Below, in pieces: positions 51,659 to 64,000 of a stretch of 64,000 bases of DNA (within the stretch, counting starts at the first letter, position 1; every line of letters starts with the position of its first letter). Source of the DNA: Octopus vulgaris. Lineage: Eukaryota. Where the stretch lies: the NCBI GenBank assembly GCA_951406725.2, contig OX597818.1, positions 2,418,001-2,482,000 of the forward strand, read 5' to 3'. The position numbers and the translations under genes are program-made. Below the pieces are notes generated by a model that saw nothing but the letters and a program-made list of their open reading frames with translations, did no database searches and was not told the origin of the DNA.

Positions 51659-52380
51659 TCACACCATTTTGACCCCCATACAGACGCACATATACACACA
51701 CGTGCGCACACACAGCACCATGACAAATACCAATCATGCACATACATACACACACACACAAACACATGTATATGTATATACACACACACATAGACACACA
51801 CACTCGCACCATATATACGCACACACGCAAACACATACTCAATACCAGCACACACAAAACGCATATACACACACACACACACCGCACAAATACACCCAAC
51901 AGACATGGACACACATATGAACACATACACACACTAGTGCACATGCAACACACTAACACACATTAACCACACACATACACACACACACACAAACGGGCAC
52001 ACATATACACACACCATCCTACCAAATTTTAAAAACACACATCTATTTACACCACAATGGACCCTGGGACCAGTCAAAAACAGCCCCCACACACACAAAC
52101 ACATGTATATATATATATACACACACACACACAAAGACACACACATTCACACCATTCTGACCATACAGACACACATATACACACACATGCACACACACAA
52201 CACCATGACAAATACCAATCACACACATACATACACATACACAACACCAAGACAATCACACACACGGTTGAAAATTGGGCACACATATACACACACCATC
52301 CTACCAAATTTTACAAACACACACAGACACATCTAGTCACACCACATATGTATATATACACACACACACTCGCACCATTC
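50860..52380. repeat. Compound CA-rich satellite, about three units of about 480 bp
   Basis: The anchor atctatttacaccacaatggaccctgggacca recurs at about 51074, 51559 and 52041, embedded in (CA)n/(TA)n. Confidence 0.85.
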
Positions 52381-52931
52381 TGACCTCTAAAGACCAATCC
52401 CCCAAATCATTGATGCTTGAAGGAGAGACAAAAAGAAATTTTTTTCAGTTCCACATTACTCTTCCTTCCCCCCACCCAAACACACCTACAGTGTCCCTTG
52501 AAATAGAAAATAGTCTTTTACAATAACATGGTGGACCAGGTCAGTTTGAGCTTCCCTACTACTATAATGTAAACTTTTTTGAACTCATAATATTCTACTG
52601 AACTTTTCAATAATTCCTTCTGGAAACTATCTTTAACATTTTCTTGAGAATGTATATATATGTTGTAATATTTTGTGCCCAATATTTTAATGAACTTGTT
52701 AAACTTTTTTATGTTCTTAACATGTTCTTGTTACCAAAGAATGTATATATGTATTGTAGCATTTTGTGACAACCAATAATTAACACAACCAATCTTTTAC
52801 ATGTTACCTTTTGACAATCTTTTTCCAAAGAGTGAAACCGGTAAAGTAAATAAGCATCTTTTAAAATTGCATTTTCAAACCTTCTTTCATATATAATTCC
52901 ACTCGTGCAGTACCTTACAACTCCACTTTGT

Positions 52932-52962
<31 letters not shown>

Positions 52963-53049
52963 ATATATATGTATTTGTATCTATGTTAATATATGTACCT
53001 GTATAAATTTGGAGTAAACATTTTCTGGTGTGGGTGATGGAAACTTTCA

Positions 53050-56000
53050 TCTATCAGGTCCTCAGCTTGTGGATAGGGGAATGGCCTGTAGATATACAGG
53101 TTAGCTGCAAATACTCAAAAAGCAGTCCTGGAAAAAATCAAGGGTTGCCCTTTGGCAAGACATAGCAGCTCTTAGCCACCCTGCCTGGGTCATGGTGAAA
53201 TCCTGAAGCCTTGAAAAGAGCAGAAATGGCACTATTGTTGGAAAGGAGGATGATAGTAGGGAATGAAATGCAAAGCATAAAAAAATACTTTTCATTTGGA
53301 TTTCTTCCCACTTTGTGGAACAAATTACACTTTTATGAATCTTGGTCTGGGAAACCTGTCAGTTTGATTGACACTGCAATTGTTTATATGACCTGTAACT
53401 GTAGATGAGAAATTAGTAATTGAAAGATATTCTATGACTCACATTAACTTAAGAAATTTACCCTGCATCACTTGTCATGCAGTCAAACAAGGAGCATTTT
53501 CTGCTGTAGTCCTGGCTCTGGCTTAGTGTTCAAAAAATCAGTTACAGACACAAACACTACATAATTTCTGAAGTGCAAGCAAAATACACTTGTCTCCACC
53601 TTCAATGTGCACACTCTCAGAAAACTAAACCAACTCCCAGAACTTGTTGCCTCAGCCATCCATCAAGTACAAAATTGATATTATTTGTGAGCAAGACCAC
53701 AAGCTTTATCATGATAATGTTGAGCTGAAATACCATGATGCTGGTAGCAGCATCATGGTATTTCTTCTCAACCTCAGCTTGGAAGATCTACCAATTGTAC
53801 CTTTGGTGTGTAGGCATGCTGCTAAACCTGCTTACCCTCAAATCTTTAAACAGCAAAATGAAAATACATGCAAGAATAAAAACAGTGTCTTTTTAAGGAA
53901 ATCCAGAAACATCATTCACATCTTATTAGTCACCAACAAACACAGTGGACAAAGAGGTTTCCAATTTTTATCAGACTTTCTCCTTATCAGTTGAGACTAA
54001 TACCAAAGTGCAGGGCTCTCACAATTGGAGGTGATTTGAATGCTCATGTTGAAAAACCTGTAGCCCATAAATATTCATTCCATACAACCATGAACAGAAA
54101 TGGCCTATATCTAAATGAATTTATTTTTGCAAATCAGTTAGTATGTCTAAAAGCCAAATTCTAAAAGATACCCTCTATATATATTTACTTATGCTCATGT
54201 CTCAAATGTCCAACTAGATTACATGCTAATCAATAAGAAATGGATGAATAGCACCTTAAACACTGAGCCTTACAATACTTTAGAAGGAGTGCGCAGCTAC
54301 CACAAAATTATCACATTAAAACTTCACATTAGCCTTAGAGCTAACAAAACCAAATCAGCCTCTAGGCTCACATGACTGGTCAGTTTTAACAAACAACGGA
54401 GAAATCTGCAACCAATACACTATATTAGATAGAAACAGATTTGAGCTGCTACAAAATGAAAATGAAGGAAATTCCTCTAACACAACTTTCAATAGTTTTG
54501 TAACACCCAACAGAGAGGTTGCAAAAGAGATCATACCCATAAAACCTAGAACTAATAAATGTATCCCCAGGGCTAACCAAGAGATAATAAACAAGAGAAA
54601 ACACTTCAAAGAAGTGGCCCAAGCTAAAATTATACATCTAAGCCCCTCAAATGAAGCCAATTTCTAAAAGTTACAGAATGAACTAGTAGACCTATATCAA
54701 TTTGAACAATGAAACTACATCCAAAGTAAAATAAATTAAATTAAACATGCTGCTGTAAACAAGCAGACATCACTACCCTGGCAGATAGTAAACAAAATAA
54801 GCAAACTCAAAAACTCCAGTAAGTCAAAAATGAAAGCTAAAAATCTCCAGGAATGTTTAGAAAAGTGGAAGAATCATTTTCAGAATTTGCTTGGGAATAT
54901 AGCCTAAGTTTCTTATATAGATGTAACATCAATTATTGATCACACTGTTGATATCATAACATTGACAAATTGAAAGAAGTCCTTAAAAGTCCTAAAAACT
55001 AAAAGGCTGCTGGACTGGATAACACTTCACCTGAAGTCTAGAAAACAGGAGAATTCAGTGATATTCTGTCAGGTTTCTGCAATACAGTCTATAATGGTGA
55101 CAACATTGATAGACAGACTGTATACTCCCATTTCCAAACAAAGGTGATTTGGGTCTCACAAAGAACTACTGAGGCATCACTCCTACATCAATCACTGCAA
55201 AAATTTATAATTCACTTCCACTCAACAGGATACAACCAAAAATTGAGAAAGTTTTGAGAAGAAATCAAATTGGCTTCAGAAAAAATAGGTCAGCTATCAG
55301 ACAAATACTTACAGTTTATCATCTACTGGATGGAGTAAAATTCAGAAATCTTGAAGCAGTATTACTATGTGTTAATTTCTCAAAAGCTTTTTATTCTATC
55401 CACTGTGGTAAAATGGAAGAACTACTACTGGCCTATGGTATCCCTGAGGAAACAACGGCAGCAATTATGATGCTCTATAATAACATAAACCTATGGTAAG
55501 ATCCCCAGATGGTGATACAAGTTTCTTTGATATCAGAGCCAGAGTACTCCAAAGGGACACATTGGTATCTTTTCTCTTTGTGATCTCTCTGGATTATGTC
55601 CTCAGAACATCACTTGACAATCTAAATAGTCTTAGTTTCACACTTGCGAAAAGAAGATTGATTGGACATCCAGCTCAAAAAATAACTGATGTAGACTATG
55701 CTGATGATTTAGCTTTGATGCAATATCAGACTCCACCCAATTACTTCATAATCTAGAATTAGCTGCACATGATGTTGAACTACTTGTTAATTCTAGTAAA
55801 ATCAAACTCATTGCTCTCAATCAACAAGGACCCATCACCAACATCAGTGGAGATCCCATCTGTTAAGTTGATGATTTAACGTACCTCTGTCCTGTAACCT
55901 CAACTAATAAGGACATAAAACCTTAGACAGCCAAAACATGGTTGGCCCTAAACAAACTGGATTTTATCTGGAAATCAAACTTGTCAAACAACCTTAAGAG

Positions 56001-56420
56001 GAATTTTTTCTGAGCAATGGATGAGTCAGTCCTTTTATTTGGAGCCTGGATGCTTATCAAAATTCTGGCATTCAGTCTAGATGGAACTTACACCTGAATG
56101 TTAAGAACAGTCTTAAATATATCTTGGAGAACTCATCCCACCAAGAAACAGCTGTATGTTTCCAACATTATAAGGGAAATGTGCTTGCACTTTGCAGGAT
56201 ATTGCTGGCAAGCTAAAGAAGAGCTTGCAAGTCACCTACAGCTATGGATGCCAAGTACCAACTTGAGCTGGTTGTCCAAACACAATGTATGTAGTTCAAC
56301 TCACCAGGTACACTTGATACCTCTCTGAAGACCTCCATTAACTAATGTAGAACTGAGATGGATGGTGTATGCAGGTTAGAAATGTCTGAGCAAGCTTGAC
56401 AAGAAGATGTTAAAACAGCT
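53050..56420 (+). mobile_element. Near full-length LINE (APE endonuclease and RT; RTE-X-like), decayed
   Basis: STFNVHTL, DIICEQDH, IGGDLNAHV and QLDYML (APE); QIGFRKNRS, NFSKAF.SI, VLQRDTL and DYADDLAL (RT); many stops. Confidence 0.85.
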
Positions 56421-56997
56421 GAGTGCTGAGCATGCTGCTGTACTCCATCACTGAATTCAGGAGCTGATGTCTCATCAGACAGTGAAACAGCTTTGTAATG
56501 TGAAAACAGACAGTGAAAACAGCTTCCACCATGACACCAGAACTGCCTGGGGCCACCCACTGATGTAGGTGAAAAAACTCCCACGCTCATTGCAAGCTTT
56601 GCTGAGTCAAAAGTTTGTAACTCTGGGCCAGCTGTTTCTACCATCTTCAATTGCTCATTTTTGCTGCATCATTTGTCCTCTCTCTCAAGCTAGATGTAAT
56701 GGTCTGCTTTCTCGGCAGCTTCTGACAATTTTCTGGCAACATCTTTTCTCTCCTTCACAAGTCCAAGACTTTCGAGTATTGAGTGAATCTTGATTCCATA
56801 AAATATATATATGTATATATGTATCTGTGTGTGTATGTACTTGTGTGTACTTATACAAACACATACATACATACATATGTACATACGTACATATGTACAT
56901 ACATACATACGTACATACATACACTCATACGTATGTACATATGTACATACATACATACATACATACATACAGATATATGCACACACACACACACACA

Positions 56998-58216
56998 TGA
57001 GGGGTGCTGAAAAGTTCCTGTCTTTGGATCAGTTAATTATGATTTCATTCAACATATTCGTCTCTCAGATTCACACATTGCAGTGGTCCTTCAGTCTTTC
57101 TAAGCCCTATAAAAAAAAATTGGAAGGTTGGGCCTCCAACTAGGCTTCTGTAGCAGCAATCACTTCCAAATCGGAGTTAAATTTCATTTCCTTGAGATGT
57201 TTTTTCCATTGTGGAAAGGGGTGATAGTTAGAGGGGGACAAGCTTGGAGGTAATAGTTGGAGGAGATCAAGTAAGGTGGGTGGGTGGTCTACCATTTTGA
57301 AACCAAAGTTGTTTATTTTTCATAGAGTTTCATGTGCTATGTGTGCTGGTTCATTGTCCTGCAAAAACAGGACACCATGACCTGGCTTTCCATGGCGTTT
57401 CTACTTCAAAGCTTCTTCCACTTCATCCAACAGAGATGTAATATTCTGTGTTGAGGGTGTGACCCTTTGGCAGGTATTTTATGAAGAGTCTTCTGTCTTT
57501 GTCCCAGAACACTGAAGCTAAAATCTTTTCAGCTGACTTCTGGTCTGAAACTTTTTGGGAGGCAGAGAACAACTGTGGCATCACTTCATTGAGTGCTGTT
57601 TCGTCAGCAATCATAAGGATGAAGCCATGTTTCATTCATGGTGACTAAACAAGCCATAAAATCCGCCTCTCCTGCTGCAAACTGGTCCAAAATTGCCTTT
57701 GATGTCATCACTCTGATGCACTTCTGATCTGTGTTGAAATATTTCAGCACCCATTTTGTGGAAAGCTTTCTTATGTCCAGAATGTTGTGGATGATGCAGC
57801 CAACTCTTTTGTGGGAAATCCCCAGAGCCTCAGTTATGACTTTAGTTGAAATCCAGCAGTCCTTGAGAATCATGTGCATAGCATTTGCTTTGTCCTATGT
57901 GGTTGCAAGAGTTGGCTGTCTTGACCAGGGTTCATCTGTGACCTCGGAATGACTAGTCCAAAACCTTGACACCCAGATTTTCAATGAGGAGTAAGATGGG
58001 TAGCTAACCTTCAAGACCTCCTTCATCTTGCTTTAGATTTCTGTTGCTCCTGTGCCTTGCAAAAAGGAACTTCATGACCACCTGAGCTTCAATTTTACTA
58101 AAATCTACTGTAGGATCTGCCATCATACATTAAATCTGCCAATCATCCCCTCATAAAGGTAACAGCTCTACCCTTTTGTGATACCCTTAAAGCCAGGATC
58201 TTTTCAGTACCCCTCA
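56998..58216 (-). mobile_element. Mariner transposon, full length but decayed
   Basis: TIRs tgaggggtgctgaaaag / cttttcagtacccctca. IRKLSTKWV...DQK, VTMNETWLHPYD, SAEKILASVFWD. Confidence 0.9.
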
Positions 58217-58248
<32 letters not shown>

Positions 58249-58319
58249 CCTGAGTAAACACATAAATGTGAAACAAGGTGGGAAAAGAGTACTCAATTAC
58301 TAGTGGTAGAGTAATATGC

Positions 58320-58450
58320 TTTATTTAAAGCAGCGGAAAATTCAACAAAACCTGTTACTCTGAGTTTCACGTCCCCGTTCGTTGGACAGTTTTCTAACAA
58401 AAACTGTCCAACGAACAGGTTTTGTTGAATTTTCCACTGCTTTAAATAAA
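58320..58450. repeat. Nested inverted repeat containing a degenerate hammerhead motif (Penelope pseudo-LTR-like)
   Basis: Outer arms tttatttaaagcag.ggaaaattcaacaaaacctgtt and its reverse complement; inner arms gttcgttggacagtttt / aaaactgtccaacgaac. Confidence 0.75.
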
Positions 58451-58504
<54 letters not shown>

Positions 58505-59206
58505 GTACGTAAGATACCTAGATGTGCGTCTGCAAAAGTTGAGGTGTTCTGTTTTGTATTTCAATGAGATTTGTCTTGGAATGATATAAAATGCTTTTCA
58601 CTCAAGCACAATGGACATCTCATAAAATTTCAGTGTAAGCTATGCCTGTAAGAGTTAGCTTTCTCTAAAATATCTTAAATGGGGTAGAGCCAACTTCTTT
58701 TAATTGCCATATGTGCTTAGCTAGGCTCATTGCCAACCTGTACTCAGGATATTTGAAGGAACTTCTGTGTGAGTTAAGTCTTATTTTGAAACTGTTTTCT
58801 GTGATACCAGTATAAGTTTTGTATGTAGGGAAGTTGTTAATTTGTATCTTAGCTGTGTATTATGTGCTTTCCACCATGTTACATTAATCTCTCCCCTCCC
58901 ACAATAAACTAAACTACATCTCATCATGCACTACTGTCTTTCTACCTTACCCCCTGGTCCTCAACACCACTTTGTCATATCTCTCTCTCCTGTCCTCACC
59001 TTGCCAGCTATGTCATTGCTATTCTGCCACTTCCTTATATACCCATGTTCACCACTTATGCGCTCCCCTTCCGTCCCCTATATCTTTTACTCTCATTTTA
59101 CACTCTCATGAACTCTTTACTTGCTGACTCTCTCTAATCCTCTGTACTACTCCACTTAAATTCACCTCCTTATACCTTGAGGGTATGGTTTGGCACACCT
59201 TCGCCA

Positions 59207-59262
<56 letters not shown>

Positions 59263-59428
59263 GACTGGGGAAGCCATGTATTGCATCTACAGCAAGACAC
59301 CTGTTTCTGTCTTTCCATTATTGCTTAACCTCTCATCACCTGGCTAGAAGCCACTTCTCTCAATACTACTACTCCCTCAGTTGAAGAGTCTTTATCTTTG
59401 TCTCGTACATTGCTTATCTTCCAGTATA

Positions 59429-59830
59429 GGTGCAGGAGTGGCTGTGTGGTAAGTAGCTTTCTAACCAACCACATGGTTCCGGGTTCAGTTCCACTGCGTG
59501 GCATCTTGGGCAAGTGTCTTCTGCTATAGCCCCGGGTCGACCAATGCCTTGTGAGTAGATTTGGTAGACGGAAACTGAAAGAAGCCTGTCGTATTTATGT
59601 ATGTGTGTGTATGTGTTTGTGTGTCTGTGTTTGTCTCTTTAGCATTGCTTGACAACTGATGCTGGTGTGTTTACGTCCCCGTCACTTAGCGGTTCGGCAA
59701 AAGAGACCAATAGAATAAGTACTGGGCTTACAAAGAATAAGTCCCGGGGTCGATTTGCTTGACTAAAGGCGGTGCTTCAGCATGGCCGCAGTCAAATGAC
59801 TGAAACAAGTAAAAGAATAAAAGAATAAAT
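59429..59830 (+). mobile_element. Full-length tRNA-derived SINE (family A), relatively young
   Basis: Pol III A box tggctgtgtggt and B box ggttcagttcc, central (TG)n, (aaagaata)n tail, CpGs retained; several homologous copies in this window. Confidence 0.9.
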
Positions 59831-60507
59831 AATACTCTCTGTAGCATTAGAAACAGTATTCAGCTGTAGTAACTATGCTGAAGCAGGCAAAAGAGCATGA
59901 TACAGTTCTTTGGCTAACCAGCTTCTGTCAAACCATGAAGCCCATGCCAACATGGGTTCGATGATTTGACATCCATATTCCATGCTGGCATCAGTTGAAC
60001 AGTTTGACAGGAACTTGTAGTGACGCCAGGTTCCAGACGCCATTTTGAGATTTTCATCTGCGCATGCGCAAGGATTAGTGTCTTCCAGAAGGCCTGCCGG
60101 AAGTCTCTGATGTGCAGTAATCAGCAGCAGCTAGCCTTTACCACTATTCTTCCTTTTGCTTCCTGCTGCTGACAGAATCAGACGCGACCAGATAAGCTCC
60201 ATTGAAGGCGAATACGACTTGGCGAGCTGTGAAGAATGCTTTCAACAATTGTGATTTAAACCGACTCTGCAGTTTCCATCCCCCAAGCGTCTAGGCTACT
60301 GATGTCCAGAGATGAAATGCTTATTTCGGCGAAAATAAATTATTATTGTTATTCGTTCGGAGATTCGTGTTCCTGCTATTTTTTCCTTTCTACAACTATG
60401 TAAGGAAGTGTGAGGCCCCTAACAAGTGCCAACATCACATTCTACTACAACTGATGAGAATTGCATCAAGCCTCAGTGTCTGCTTTGACATGGTTTGTAT
60501 AGCTGGA

Positions 60508-60890
60508 CTAGCAGTATCGCCTGGTGTTGCTCGGGTTTGTAAGGGAAATAACTATAAAGCATCTTTAGAGAGTTATAGCCAAAAAATAGCAAAAAAATGG
60601 GAAAAAAATGATGGTAAATTTTTTTGAGAGTTAAAAAGGTCGAGTCGCGTCCCCTAGACAGTCTGTGGTTTGTGTTTCTGATTCTCGACCCCATGTTGAA
60701 TTTATCAATTTTTTTCAGAACTGGGGGAACTTTTCAAAATTTTCACTGCGTTAGTTTTGAATTATGACATTGGGCTATGTGTGTGTCAAGTTTCATCAGA
60801 ATCGGTTGAAAGCCGTGGTCAGGGTGAGGGTACAACCTAACAGACACACAGACACGCTGACAGACAAACTGCCGTTTATATAGAGAGAGA
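60508..60890 (-). mobile_element. Non-autonomous Helitron
   Basis: Minus strand starts 5'-TC and ends CTAG-3' with a GC-rich subterminal segment. It is inserted between A and T with no TSD and has a (caga)n-like microsatellite near its 5' end. Confidence 0.85.
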
Positions 60891-61104
60891 TGCCTTTGCT
60901 AATGTCAACCATTTTACAGAGTGAACTGGGTACTTTTTTTCATGACACTTTTATCAGTGAGGTTACTAAGTAACTTGCAAGACATGACCCCTCAACTAAG
61001 TGGAGGCATAGTATTGAGGGAGGTGAAAATATAGAGGAACAGCAACAAGTATCTTGTTAAAGAGAAGATACATAACTTTAACATTAATCTATTATTGTTT
61101 ACAG

Positions 61105-61292
61105 CCTACCTGAAAACTCCTGATGGAAAATATACTGAGAACTGGATCATTGGAGTTGTTCTTGGATCGGTTGCTGTAGTTCTCCTTTTCATGTGGTGTG
61201 TTCTGTTTATCTTCTTTAAATGCTTCCGACACCCACCTCTGAAGATTCAAGAAGTAAAACCTATCAACTCCTGTCTTGCTTCTTCATTACAG
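61105..61292 (+). CDS. Exon: single transmembrane helix (NWIIGVVLGSVAVVLLFMWCVLFIFF) and start of cytoplasmic tail
   Basis: Acceptor tttacag, donor CAG|gtattt, phase 1 in and phase 0 out. A hydrophobic run of about 25 aa is followed by KCFRH. The NWII.VV start resembles KIAA1549-family TM segments. Confidence 0.85.
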
Positions 61293-62125
61293 GTATTTTT
61301 TTATATTTATTGTTTTTTTTTTATTGGACTCAGAGTATGAAATCAGAGGAAATAGTTTAGACTGGAGATAAACACCTAAAAGTTCACTCCCAACATTCAA
61401 ATATCCTGAAGATTCCTGTGATGCCATTAGACTAAAATCTCAAACAAATATTTGGAATTTTCTGATAATCTTGTTTTCAATTAAAGTACTAAACTGGCAA
61501 AATGACCATTCCTAAATACAACAAAATACTAAATTATAGTTTTTTACATTATGTCAAAGAATTTAAGATTATAATTAATTGAACTTTTAAAGTTCATCTT
61601 CAGGGATGGAAGATTTTAGTAATATTTACATTAACCTGCATTTCTTAGCTTGATCTCCAATTATTCTCAGGTGTCTTATATTCCTGAATATGTACATTGT
61701 ATCAAAGAATTAGTAATTTTATGTGGGAGATACAATGAGGTTATGTAATACAGCTTATAATGAATACAGGGTGGAGAATGAAAGAGGTGCAAAATGGTCT
61801 TTGATTCTACACAAGGAAGAAATTGTTCAGGAAAAAAATCTGCAGAGAATGAATATATACATAAATATGTTGTCATTGAAACCCATCCTATCAATAACAA
61901 ATAAATATTAACCCAGACTGATCTGTGACAATCAATACAACCATGACGTTGCCATTTCCCCCCTCATATTTAGTACTACATATCCTTCTATTTTCTTAAG
62001 ACAGTAGGATGTGCTATGAGGGAGATTTAGATGTTCTTTCTAGCAAGTCAAGTGAAATTTCCTTTTTGTCTTAATTACTTCCATCTTAATGGAATCTTGG
62101 TATTAATTCATTAAAAACTTGGCAG

Positions 62126-62310
62126 GAAATCAAATGCAACCCAGAATTGGTGCCAGAGGATTTAATATCAAAGAAAGAAAACCAAAGATCTCTTGAGGAA
62201 AGAGACAGCCTAAAGAACCAGAATGAAATTGAGAAACATTATGTGAAAATTCCACTTGAAGAAATGTCAAAGCCAAAGAATATCAAGAAAAGTTCCAATA
62301 AAAAATCTTG
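62126..62310 (+). CDS. Exon: charged Lys/Glu-rich cytoplasmic tail (EIKCNPELVPEDLISKKENQR...KKSSNKKS)
   Basis: Acceptor ggcag in phase 0 with the previous exon; open frame. Probable donor TG|gtcagt at 62311, so the 3' boundary is less certain. The gene probably continues past the window. Confidence 0.65.
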
Positions 62311-64000
62311 GTCAGTAAAAAGGAAATATTTATTGACATTTTTTAGAATTTTAATTAATCTAAAATATATGTATGAATAACTGTAGATTATTTCTAAATC
62401 TGAACTTAATTAAAGTTTTATTATGAATACTTTGAATTCCTTGATGCGTATATTATATATTCATATAGGATACTTTAGACTAATAAAAGTAAAATATATA
62501 AATGTCTTTGAATAATTCTTTCAGGTTTTGAATATATATTCTCTTAGATGATAGTTTGTACCAAATATTTTAGTTGTATGAAAATAAAATGTAACCAAAA
62601 CAGGAAAATGAAACTAAACATCTCCATGGAAGTTCATGAGATTACAAACAAATAAAATCTAAAATCCTATGGATTAGTTAGTTGATGATAAATTTTTACT
62701 TCATTTCAGCAAACATGCCTACAAAAGCTTGAATAAAGCAAAAACAAATAACACTGTTTATGTTCAGTGGTTTGTGTGGAAATCTTTTCATTAATATTTC
62801 ATAATTGAGTATCAATTAGAATTACTTGAAATGTAAGAGTTGTATTGTTATTTCTTTGAATGACTTGTACTTGTTGATTAAATATATTAACCATAGCTAA
62901 GTAAATTGCTACATTGCTATGTAAATTGCTGCATTGCTATGTGAGTTGCCACTTTCACTATAAAACCAATCTTCTCTGCTTCTAATTCACAGTTTCATGG
63001 CTTGTGTATATTAACGTTTCTATAAGCCTTCAGCTATTTTTGTATATATTTTTTTTATCCCCACTAATCTTAGCCCCTTCCGGCTTATTTCAATTGTATC
63101 CACTGCCAGGGGACTCTGACATCCTGCTGCTAGTATTGGACTTTGACATGAACTTTAAATATATAATATTTAAAAAAATTTTCTCTGCAGTTATTTATTT
63201 ATTTATTTATTTATTACCTTATGGCATTTACTGTCAATTCATTGATTAGTGGTCAGAATAAGTATGTTGTCAAAACTGTCATTTATGAGACTAATGTTTT
63301 GAATGGAGAATTGATTGCTATAGCAGATAATTGAACTTATTAATGTAGGCCACCACTCTAAATATCCACAGCCTTCACTGATTCAGTGTAGGTGGATTGG
63401 CTTTAAATGGGATATGGCTTGGCTTGCAAAGACTGGCTTTGAATAAGATGTGGCTTGAGTAGGAATAGATGATGATTGTGGATCAATGAGGGCTAAACTA
63501 GAGGAGATGACTATGGCTAAAATCTATTGATTCAAATATATGTATGCAAATTTGTTGAGCTAAATTTACAAATCTATTGGACTAAATATACAAATATATT
63601 GGATTAAATAGGGTTTGTCAGGTGCACTAGCTAAACTGAATACAGTAGGTTCAGAAACTGCTTGAGATCTAAAATATTGTCTTGAGAAGTATAAGGAAAA
63701 TATACATCATAGTGAAAATGGACGATGTATATTAAGAGAAATGTTTTGAAAAAGCAGTTGATAGCACAAAAATCTAGCAGCATACTGTATGAGATCACAA
63801 AATATATGACGTGGACTGTAGAAAGTCACAAGTGTACTAGTCACAAAAATTTACAAGTAGATTATAGAAGGATTGGGGTTAATAATCAGAATAGATAAGT
63901 TTTTCTCAATACAATGTTGAGCTGCATGGAAGAATAATGCATGAAAAATTTATCCATGAGGAAGATGATGTTTAAACAGCTGTAATCATCTCACCAAAAT

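Noticed and set aside
50479-52526. Many His/Thr-rich and Cys/Val-rich ORFs, also at about 8340-8940, 13065-13247, 29897-30565 and 56685-57143
   Set aside because: These are translations of (CA)n, (TG)n and (TA)n microsatellites.
59429-59500. tRNA gene
   Set aside because: The A and B boxes belong to a SINE head; I could not form a complete cloverleaf, and the sequence continues into the SINE body.
63480-63620. Degenerate repeats of about 21 bp (aaatctattggactaaatat)
   Set aside because: Short, decayed AT-rich minisatellite with no coding or structural signal.

Overview
AT-rich eukaryotic genomic DNA full of microsatellites and transposon relics. The SINE families and repeat landscape resemble an octopus (coleoid cephalopod) genome; this is an inference, not a database match. 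A single + strand exon chain crosses the window with consistent splice phases and is open at both ends. Four small exons (2274-2400, 14904-15017, 21027-21078, 25050-25220) encode the end of an ADAMTS/reprolysin-type metalloprotease domain, a disintegrin-like domain and a PLAC-like CCxTC module. The phase-1 donor at 25220 has two in-frame acceptors. One is a short terminal exon (30879-30967) encoding a typical GPI-anchor signal, followed by a 219-bp-arm inverted repeat. The other is a 3015-nt Cys-free, Ser/Thr-rich mucin-like exon (34939-37953) that continues in frame into KIAA1549/UPF0606-like exons with an RKKR furin motif, a transmembrane helix and a cytoplasmic tail (47301-47476, 49610-49784, 61105-61292, 62126-62310). 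The main hypothesis is one ADAMTS-like gene switching between a GPI-anchored form and a mucin-stalked transmembrane form; two adjacent genes cannot be excluded without RNA data. The introns contain mariner, hAT, Helitron, Gypsy, RTE, R4/Dong-like, other LINE, Penelope and SINE elements, plus several Penelope-type hammerhead ribozyme motifs. All structures were read by eye, and many repeat boundaries are approximate.
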